DNA of 51,692 bases from Pseudomonadales bacterium (GTDB lineage Bacteria > Pseudomonadota > Gammaproteobacteria > Pseudomonadales > Pseudohongiellaceae). The stretch covers positions 1 through 51,692 of the forward strand of contig JAKUTG010000001.1 of assembly GCA_022447905.1 (NCBI GenBank). The letters are read 5' to 3'. The translations under genes and the position numbers were made by a program. This document shows positions 1 through 6,028 of this stretch, one piece after another (the stretch's first letter is position 1; every line of letters starts with the position of its first letter). The notes below the pieces were generated by a model. It saw only the letters and a list, made by a program, of their open reading frames with translations, made no database searches and was not told the origin of the DNA.

Positions 1-267
1 GAGAGCCTCACCGTTTTCCATGAGCAGCGCTTCCGCAAATACCTGTGCTTCTATGTTGTCTCCGGGTTCGACTTCGATATTGACAGGAATACGCGTAGCT
101 TCCTTCCACTCGTTAGCTTCAACAACCCCATCGATTGTTGGGGGCTTAGTGATGCGGGGGATGTCAAAGTCATGCGTTGTTTGCGCAGCGGCTAATCTTG
201 ACATTATTATCAGAACTGCGCAGATACACAAAGAAGTAAGGGACGGGGCATAACTCTTTGCAGGCAC
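1..267 (-). CDS. Secreted protein, N-terminal part only (signal peptide plus a CBM9/DUF5916-like start); the gene runs off the left edge of the window
   Basis: The reverse frame is open from 267 to 1. It reads GTG(267)-PAKSYAPSLTSLCICAVLIIMSRLAAAQTTHDFDIPRITKPPTIDGVVEANEWKEATRIPVNIEVEPGDNIEAQVF.... A hydrophobic leader is followed by an AAA-Q cleavage-like site. It is absent from the ORF track because it has no stop in the window. An alternative ATG lies at 204. The family assignment is from memory and is weak. Confidence 0.45.
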   Translation of the reverse strand, partial: MPAKSYAPSLTSLCICAVLIIMSRLAAAQTTHDFDIPRITKPPTIDGVVEANEWKEATRIPVNIEVEPGDNIEAQVFAEALLMENGEAL

Positions 268-388
268 GCGTGCTACTCCGCTGTTAAAATCTCAGGTATA
301 TTTCTTGATCTCGCGTGAATACTTAAGTTGCAGTTTAATCGACAATGGCTTAGGAGTGTTTGGCAATTTGTAGCTGAATATTTGACGC

Positions 389-424
389 AAAAAAAACAGG
401 AAGTATTACCGCTTCCTGTTTTTG
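389..424 (-). terminator. Rho-independent terminator (bidirectional geometry) downstream of the redoxin gene
   Basis: The stem is ACAGGAAG(396-403)/CTTCCTGT(412-419) with an 8-nt loop. An A-run (389-396) precedes it and a T-run (420-424) follows it. On the minus strand the stem is followed by T8. Confidence 0.6.
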
Positions 425-433
425 TCGTATCGA

Positions 434-1021
434 TTACAAATTAGCAGCGGCTTCCAAAACGTCATCAAAATCTGGCCGTGCTCGATAGCCTTCCTCAGCA
501 AACTTAGCTCGAATTACGCCATTGGGGTCTAAAAGAAAAATGCCGGGATGTGGTACGCCGTAAGCGCGTGAGCCGGGTTCATAATCTTCATTCAAAATAC
601 CGAGTGCATTCACGTACGTGATGCCTTCGTCATGGAGAAGAGGGAATTCAACACCTTGGTTTTCTTCTACTACCTTTAATGTATCGACAGAGTCGTAAGT
701 CATCGTTGCAATGTTGATGCCCATTGCCTTAAATTGTCCACTAATTTCTATCAGCTGCACGAGCTGGGCTTTGCAGAAGGGTCACCAGTCAAAGGACCGG
801 CTCAGCATAAAGAGCAGGCCCTTTTCGCCTTTTAAATCGTCAAATGTGCGCACAATTCCGTTTTGATCTTCAGCTGATATTTCCGGGATAGACAATCCGA
901 CGGAAAAATCTGGAGCCCAGGCATATTCCTGTGCTAAGGCAATCTGAAAAGCACCCCCTAGGATAAGGGCAAGCAGTGTTTTGCTCCTTAACACGAAACG
1001 CCATTGGCGGTTTTTAGTCAT
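434..1021 (-). CDS. Periplasmic AhpC/TSA (redoxin/peroxiredoxin-like) protein with an in-frame TGA at the first redox Cys; candidate selenoprotein (U-x-x-C), or otherwise a pseudogene
   Basis: Track ORFs 782..1021 and 434..760 share one frame. Only the TGA at 782..784 and 7 sense codons separate them. The joined product reads ...GLLFMLSRSFDW[TGA]PFCKAQLVQLIEISGQFKAMGI...FPLLHDEG...GVPHPGIFLLDPNGVI. The N-terminus has a signal peptide (LLALILGGAFQIALA/QE). Confidence 0.6.
752..776 (-). promoter_or_regulatory. Candidate bacterial SECIS-like hairpin just 3' of the in-frame UGA
   Basis: The mRNA reads UGA CCCUUCUGCAAAGCCCAGCUCGUGCAGCUGAU. Two alternative stems are possible. One is CUGCA/UGCAG (755..776). 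The other is CAGCU-CGUGC-AGCUG (752..766), whose G/U-containing loop starts about 20 nt after the UGA. Both stems are only 5 bp, so this is weak until folded properly. Confidence 0.3.
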
Positions 1022-1125
1022 AATTTTTACTCTTTTTTTTGTTAAAACAAGGGTAAAGCATCTAGTAGTTTATGTTACCCGACAAACCGGGAATTCCTCA
1101 CAGTAAATATAAAGCGATTACGGTT

Positions 1126-1872
1126 CTAGTCGATATTCGCTAAGAATCGTTTACTGCGAGGCAAATATTTATTGGTACTGTCAAGGGAAAACACTACGGC
1201 ATTGGACCGGCCGATTATTTCGCCGCGAGGCACAAAGCTGTATACACGGCTGTCGGCGCTGTTATCCCGATTATCACCTAGCACGAAATACTGACTTTCG
1301 GGCACGATACTTGGTCCGTAGCTTCGACTGGAAAGATTGTAGAAACCACGCGATAACCTGGCGTGGTGAACCTTATCCGGGAGTTCCTCGAGGATAGTGA
1401 CAGTGTCTCCTTCGCGGGATAGTACCTGGTAACTAGCTGGTTGTCCGTTAATTACCAGGGCGTTATTGTGCATATAGATCTTATCTCCAGGTACGCCCAC
1501 GATTCTTTTCACTAGGCGTTTTCCCGCGCGTTTTGAATCGATAATTACGATATCCCCTCGCTTTGGATCGGAAATCTCGGCTAGAGAAATTTCGGTCCAG
1601 GGAATCTTTATATCGTAAGCTAGCTTGTTGACCCAAACTTTGTCCCCATCCAGCAAAGAGGGGAGCATAGAGGCACCTGATATCGAGCTTAGATCCGCGA
1701 TAGCGCTCTTGAAAAAAACGATGCAGAAAAGCAACAGGAAAAATTCGCGATTCTCCTTCCAGAATAATTTCATGTAACTCCGCATTCGGCTCGGTAACTT
1801 ATTGAGATTGTATTGATCAAAATGGTGAGGTTCAGTCATAACTCGATTAAATTCAAAAATCTCTGGCGACAC
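1126..1872 (-). CDS. lepB: Signal peptidase I (S26 family)
   Basis: The translation has GASMLPSL (catalytic Ser box), GDIVII, VKRIVGVPGDKI (Lys box) and VLGDNRDNSADSR. There is one N-terminal TM segment after a cytoplasmic extension of about 45 aa. Confidence 0.9.
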   Translation of the reverse strand: MSPEIFEFNRVMTEPHHFDQYNLNKLPSRMRSYMKLFWKENREFFLLLFCIVFFKSAIADLSSISGASMLPSLLDGDKVWVNKLAYDIKIPWTEISLAEISDPKRGDIVIIDSKRAGKRLVKRIVGVPGDKIYMHNNALVINGQPASYQVLSREGDTVTILEELPDKVHHARLSRGFYNLSSRSYGPSIVPESQYFVLGDNRDNSADSRVYSFVPRGEIIGRSNAVVFSLDSTNKYLPRSKRFLANID

Positions 1873-2083
1873 AACTTATCGGGCTGATTGAGCCATGTCA
1901 AACCAAAGGTCTACATTTAGGACATATTTCATTAAGCTTCGCTTGTACAATTTACGTTTTTGTTGGAGATTGTGCCGTGCTTGTAGGGAAGGCCATCTTT
2001 AACTGCTTTTCAGGTTGCAAAGACTGAAAAGCCCCAATAACTTGTATAACAATACAGTATTTCGCCTATTCAACGAGTAATCC

Positions 2084-2662
2084 GTGGCCCTAAACGATTT
2101 TCACTCAGCCTGTCGGAACTGGTATATTGTCGAGTTCGGAGCACCAACGCCGGCTCAAGCTGAAGCGTGGTCAGCAATTCGGTCAGGACGCCATACCCTG
2201 ATTTCCGCTCCCACCGGGAGCCGTAAGACTCTAGCTGCTTTTTATGCGGCGCCTCCTTGGAGAGTGTTATTACATACGTTGCGTAAAATGAAATTGCGCG
2301 GAGTTCTCAGAGGGGGGCGGTTCGTTTCAGGAGCAGGTGGAGAGCAGTTTGCACTTCCAGAACCAGTCGAAAAAGTCAGGAAGTTCAAACAATCAAAAGG
2401 GCAGGATAGCAAACATTTGTTTTATTGCCTCGCTGCAAGTGATCCACTTAATCTAATTAATTTGATTCTCCCTAATCAAAAACTGACTCGGCAATTGAAC
2501 AATCGTGTTCTCTATCGAGGAGGCATTCCAATTGCCGTATTGGATTCGGGCGAGATCCATTTTATGCATAATGTAAATGCTGACCAGTAATGGAATATGC
2601 AACAGATGCTGCGAAAACGGAATTTCCCGGCCCGCTTGCGCAGTTATATTGGCTTACGCTAA
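2084..2662 (+). pseudogene. Remnant of an Lhr-type DEAD/DEAH helicase: the N-terminal ~57 aa are fused in frame to the C-terminal ~110 aa, followed by an in-frame TAA and 23 more open codons
   Basis: The N-terminal part reads FGAPTPAQAEAWSAIRSGRHTLISAPTGSRKTLAAF, with Walker A GSGKT changed to GSRKT. It joins directly to WRVLLHTLRKMKLRGVLRGGRFVSGAGGEQFALPEPV...AASDPLNLINLILP...NRVLYRGGIPIAV, which matches the Lhr C-terminal region. More than 1000 codons of the helicase core are absent. After the TAA at 2588..2590 the frame stays open to the TAA at 2660..2662 (...ARLRSYIGLR). Confidence 0.6.
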
Positions 2663-2700
2663 TGCTTAACGGTATTGTTTTGTTACGCCTCTCTTTAAAG

Positions 2701-2736
2701 CAAAAATCCCGTTACCGCCAAAGGCGATAACGGGAC
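2701..2736 (-). terminator. Rho-independent terminator on the minus strand
   Basis: The minus strand reads GGTCCCGTTATCGCC-TTT-GGCGGTAACGGGA followed by TTTTT. The stem is 12 bp with one mismatch and the loop is 3 nt. On the plus strand no T-run follows, so the terminator is orientation-specific. Confidence 0.55.
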
Positions 2737-2940
2737 CTTCTACATATGGGAGCTAGAGAATGCCATTAAGTATGGCCATTCTCCTCCAGCTATTCAACTC
2801 AAGTCGATAGTTTCTCTACCAACGTCAGAAGCAATAACCGGAGGCTCCCTTAATAGATTGACTATTGATGGGATCACCTCCTTTGAAAGCCAGGGTAGCT
2901 AGAGCTGCTAGGAGATCCCCCTGTTAGAACCACTAACAAA
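2737..2940 (-). ncRNA. Candidate structured sRNA, or a long structured 3'UTR of the upstream DUF6164-like gene; family not recognised
   Basis: The stretch has no ORF and contains nested helices. These are GGGAGC(2748-53)/GCTCCC(2844-49), CTCC(2784-87)/GGAG(2840-43), hairpin 2756-2783, hairpin GGGATC..TCCT(2870-82)/AGGA.GATCCC(2910-19) and the inverted repeat TGTTAG-N5-CTAACA (2922-38). The stretch ends at the minus-strand terminator. Confidence 0.3.
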
Positions 2941-3105
2941 AGCCAGCGGATTTTATATAACACATCAACGATTGAGTAAAGCTGAAGATTGATAAAGTTT
3001 CTCTTTGGTTTATCGATGATGTAGATAACTATTGCGGGTAATAGTTTAAAATGATTGCAGCCTTATGAATTCGGGCTATCATCAGCTGAGGCCGCTAGCC
3101 ATAGG

Positions 3106-3465
3106 CTAAAATGATAAAAAGAATTGCAGGGACAAATACAGCACTAATCCGACCAAACCCATATAGACTACAAACTTGATTGGGGTTTCAAGAAAATTGT
3201 GCCACATGGATTTCACTTCGCCTTGCCGTAGACTTAGTTCGTATTCTTCCCTGATCTTGGCGGTACGTTCCACCTGATATTTGTCCAATAAGCTTCGAGC
3301 TATTTCATGTTGGTCGTCATTTTTCACCCAAATAGCGGGTAAAGAAACACCCCAGTTACCAGCAAGGGTTTCAAAATAATCAATCTTGTTATCTTCTAGT
3401 AATTCACGGACGTCTTGTGCTTCGTCGTCGAGAACATTCCGCATCTTGAATAATAGCTTAGCCAT
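3106..3465 (-). CDS. Conserved hypothetical protein with a C-terminal TM anchor (DUF6164-like)
   Basis: The ORF is 119 aa. It reads MAKLLFKMRNVLDDEAQDVRELLEDNKIDYFETLAGNWGVSLPAIWV... and ends in a hydrophobic C-terminal helix. The family name is recalled from similar gammaproteobacterial proteins. Confidence 0.65.
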   Translation of the reverse strand: MAKLLFKMRNVLDDEAQDVRELLEDNKIDYFETLAGNWGVSLPAIWVKNDDQHEIARSLLDKYQVERTAKIREEYELSLRQGEVKSMWHNFLETPIKFVVYMGLVGLVLYLSLQFFLSF

Positions 3466-3607
3466 TGATCAATAGTTTCTTCCTAGCTTGCTTTTGTCAG
3501 TGTTTCCGTCATGTTACCTTAGAGTAAGCCATTAATTTGATCAAGGCTTTGGATTACCTAGGCACCACCGAACGTGCGTCGGCGCGTGCTTAAACAAGAG
3601 GATAAAC

Positions 3608-4495
3608 ATGTTGAACCGCATGCCCGTATACAAACCTGGATTTAATTTGCTCTTGCTCTGTGTATTAGCGTCGTTATGCGGTACGGTTTTGGCAGACACC
3701 TCGGTCTGGGAGGTAAAATCAGGTTCCAGTACGGTTTACCTAGGGGGCACAATTCACATGTTGCGCCCAATGGACTATCCGTTGCCTGAGGAGTATGAAC
3801 AGGCATATCAGGCATCTTCAAAAATCTACCTGGAAACAGATTTAGGCTCCATGACTGAACTGTCAGTGCAGGCACAGATGCAGCAGCAACTCACTTATCA
3901 AGATGAACGTAGTCTGAAAACCGTGCTTAACGAGGAGGCTTACAGCGTTTTATCAGATTACGCAGAGCTAATTGGAATACCGCTGGCGGCGATGGAGAAA
4001 TTCAAGCCTGGCATGATTGTCAGCACTTTACAGGTAATTGAGTTTCAGCGTATGGGATTTACGCCGGAGGGAGTGGATGTATATTTCTATACTCGCGCGA
4101 TTGGAGACGCCAAGACAACGGGGCAACTCGAGTCTGTTCAGGATCAAATAGGCTTCCTAGCCTCAATGGGCGAGGGTAATGAAAGTGAATTTCTTCTATT
4201 GTCACTTCGCGATTTGGAACGAACCGACGAAATGATGAATGACCTGCTTGCAGCTTGGCGGACTGGCGATAACGATCAATTGGCAGCGATGTTTATCGCT
4301 GAAATGCAATCGAAGACCCCGGATCTGTATGACTCTTTACTTCGCCAGCGCAACTTGAAATGGATTCTACAGATTGAGCAAATGCTTAATGACAGTGTCA
4401 CGGAATTCGTGCTAGTGGGAGCAGCGCATCTGGTTGGATCTGATGGTCTTCTGAGGTTGCTCAAAGGCAAGGGCTACCAAGTCACACAACTCTAA
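3608..4495 (+). CDS. TraB/GumN family protein (secreted)
   Basis: There is a signal peptide (LLLLCVLASLCGTVLA). The translation also has the GTIHML motif and a C-terminal FVLVGAAHLVGSDGLL, both typical of the GumN/TraB family. Confidence 0.85.
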   Translation: MLNRMPVYKPGFNLLLLCVLASLCGTVLADTSVWEVKSGSSTVYLGGTIHMLRPMDYPLPEEYEQAYQASSKIYLETDLGSMTELSVQAQMQQQLTYQDERSLKTVLNEEAYSVLSDYAELIGIPLAAMEKFKPGMIVSTLQVIEFQRMGFTPEGVDVYFYTRAIGDAKTTGQLESVQDQIGFLASMGEGNESEFLLLSLRDLERTDEMMNDLLAAWRTGDNDQLAAMFIAEMQSKTPDLYDSLLRQRNLKWILQIEQMLNDSVTEFVLVGAAHLVGSDGLLRLLKGKGYQVTQL

Positions 4496-4524
4496 TCCTT
4501 GGATTATTCTGTTTGCGGAAGCGT

Positions 4525-4558
4525 AAAAAAACAGGACGATAAGTCTATCTTTCTGTTT
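4525..4558 (-). terminator. Intrinsic terminator with bidirectional geometry, serving the 57-codon ORF (minus) and gumN-like gene (plus)
   Basis: An A7 run (4525-4531) is followed by the stem ACAGGA.GATA / TATC.TTCTGT (4531-4556). On the minus strand the stem is followed by T7. Confidence 0.5.
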
Positions 4559-4579
4559 CTCAAACAAAAGCTTAATAAT

Positions 4580-4608
4580 CAGTTTTATGACTAACCAGTT
4601 TTATGACT
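4580..4608. repeat. Tandem direct repeat CAGTTTTATGACT x2 with a 16-nt period
   Basis: The copies lie at 4580..4592 and 4596..4608 and are separated by AAC. The repeat overlaps the stop codon of the small minus-strand ORF. Confidence 0.7.
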
Positions 4609-4764
4609 TAAAACAATCTGTCTTGGGCCACTGGTTGAGGTTTGGCCACTCACCCCGGAAGGAATTTGTTGAACTTTGCCGCCCGCCTTAAAGAAGGCTT
4701 CGAGGTGTTTTGCCAAATCTTGGCGAATGCTCACAGTGTTGTCTTTTCTTGCTCTGTTTGCCAT
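4591..4764 (-). CDS. Small basic protein of 57 aa, below the ORF-track cutoff; carries a ...LEAFFKAGGKVQQIPSG... motif like the C-terminal motif I recall from the RNAP-binding regulator SutA
   Basis: Hand translation gives MANRARKDNTVSIRQDLAKHLEAFFKAGGKVQQIPSGVSGQTSTSGPRQIVLSHKTG*. The ORF is followed by the terminator at 4525..4558. The similarity to SutA is from memory only. Confidence 0.4.
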   Translation of the reverse strand: MANRARKDNTVSIRQDLAKHLEAFFKAGGKVQQIPSGVSGQTSTSGPRQIVLSHKTG

Positions 4765-4877
4765 AACTACTATTTCTCTTTGGGCCAGAAAAAAAACGAG
4801 TATACATGAAACCGTTAATTTCGGCTAATGAGTACAGGCGCAGGGCTATGACTAGTACTCTCTTTTCGAGGAGTTTA

Positions 4878-5246
4878 TTACATGCTTTTAGGTCTGAGTC
4901 TACGAGGTCTTATGCAGTAAACGGAATAATAATCATTGAGTAAGTCTCCAATCAGATCATCTAATGGTGTCTTGTAGATCATTTTAATTTGTGCCAATAA
5001 CTCAAGGTCCAGATGGCTTCCGTAATTGCGAATTACCTCTATGTCCTCGAGTTTTTTAGAGAGGCTCCTATTTTGAGAGACTCCTAATAGACGGGCTGCT
5101 TCATTCATTGAGTATCCGGCATTCATACGAAGTCGCCGAATGTTTCTCTTAACATATAAGGTAATGGGAGAAAATTGTGAATATTCCAATGAAACATTTC
5201 GCGAGTTGGTGGAAGTAGTGACCAGCCACAGTTTCCCTATGGTCAT
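4878..5246 (-). CDS. Small HTH (XRE/Cro-like) transcriptional regulator
   Basis: The segment VKRNIRRLRMNAGYSMNEAARLLGVSQNRSLSKKLE fits a helix-turn-helix pattern. The coding sequence is AT-rich compared with its neighbours. Confidence 0.55.
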   Translation of the reverse strand: MTIGKLWLVTTSTNSRNVSLEYSQFSPITLYVKRNIRRLRMNAGYSMNEAARLLGVSQNRSLSKKLEDIEVIRNYGSHLDLELLAQIKMIYKTPLDDLIGDLLNDYYSVYCIRPRRLRPKSM

Positions 5247-5298
5247 ATCTCATCAGTGTAGCGATCTGTTAGAATTTGTAACCTAAAGAGAGGCAGTG

Positions 5299-5844
5299 AT
5301 GACTAAAAAGGGGAATACAAATGAAAATGAGGCAGCGCAAAACATAAGGACCAACAAGGTTGTCAGTTTCCACTATCGGCTACGCGAAGTTGACAGCGGA
5401 GGGTGCCATGGCGAGTGGAGAGAACGATCCTATGACGGAGAGCCACTGCTTTATCTGCATGGATATCATAACGTCATAGTTGGCTTGGAAAAAGCACTTG
5501 AAGGGAAAAAAATAGGTGACAAGATAGAAATAACATTGCCTTCGGATCAAGCTTACGGCCCTAGGAACCCTGAGGGATTACGCCGAATCCCAGTTAAACA
5601 TTTGCGCTATCAGCGCGGTGAAAAAAAAGTCAAGCCAGGAATGATGGCAGCCTTGGAAACTAGCCAGGGCGCTCGCCCAGTAGTGGTACTAAAAACCGGT
5701 AAGTTCAGTGCAGATGTTGACTTCAATCACCCACTAGCGGGCAAAACACTATTTTATGAGGTGGAAGTGGTTTCTATTCGTGATGCCACGATGGACGAAA
5801 TCAGTCACGGCCATGTCCACGGTCGTGGTGGCCACCAACACTAG
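5299..5844 (+). CDS. slyD: FKBP-type peptidyl-prolyl cis-trans isomerase SlyD
   Basis: The translation has LLYLHGYHNVIVGLEKALEGKKIGDK, an IF-domain insert and DFNHPLAGKTLFYEVEVVSIRDAT. It ends in a His-rich tail, HGHVHGRGGHQH. A GTG at 5296 is an alternative start. Confidence 0.9.
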   Translation: MTKKGNTNENEAAQNIRTNKVVSFHYRLREVDSGGCHGEWRERSYDGEPLLYLHGYHNVIVGLEKALEGKKIGDKIEITLPSDQAYGPRNPEGLRRIPVKHLRYQRGEKKVKPGMMAALETSQGARPVVVLKTGKFSADVDFNHPLAGKTLFYEVEVVSIRDATMDEISHGHVHGRGGHQH

Positions 5845-5879
5845 TGACCTAGGATTAAGTGCCAATTGGCCTAGGAAAA

Positions 5880-5905
5880 AGAAAGCTTCCCAGAGCTTTC
5901 TGTTG
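5880..5905 (+). terminator. Possible weak intrinsic terminator after slyD
   Basis: The stem is AGAAAGCT(5880-87)/AGCTTTCT(5894-5901) with a 6-nt loop. It is followed by GTTGTGG, which is a poor U-tract. Confidence 0.3.
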
Positions 5906-6028
5906 TGGTATGGTTGAATTCACATTGTGTATTCTGGAGTTTCAGTCTAAATGATTTTGTATCAGCTCGAGACTCAGGAATTCAGAGGAAACTACAAGAA
6001 TAGCATTAACGATTAAAGAGAGAAGATA

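Noticed and set aside
20-253. 77-aa plus-strand ORF at the window start
   Set aside because: Its translation is low-complexity and rich in Ser, Thr and Ala. The opposite strand encodes a convincing signal peptide and domain start (1..267) that runs off the window edge.
2871-2883. GGATCACCTCCTT read as evidence for a 16S rRNA gene fragment
   Set aside because: Identity to the 16S 3' end stops after 13 nt on both sides, and nothing upstream resembles helix 45 or the rest of the 16S. I keep it as an oddity within the structured-RNA finding rather than calling an rRNA remnant.
2737-2940. Rsm/Csr-type (RsmY/RsmZ/CsrB-like) sRNA with a GacA-box-like palindrome TGTTAG-N5-CTAACA
   Set aside because: The minus-strand RNA has several GGA motifs, but most fall inside predicted stems rather than hairpin loops. 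The palindrome differs from the TGTAAG-N6-CTTACA box in both sequence and spacing, and it lies within the putative transcript rather than upstream of it.
5845-6028. Moco riboswitch upstream of the molybdoenzyme gene
   Set aside because: I looked for the conserved Moco-motif elements as I recall them from the E. coli moaA leader, a GCCUCC-containing 3' segment and GGAAAGG-type junction sequences. Neither is present. I saw only a short AT-rich hairpin that looks like the slyD terminator.
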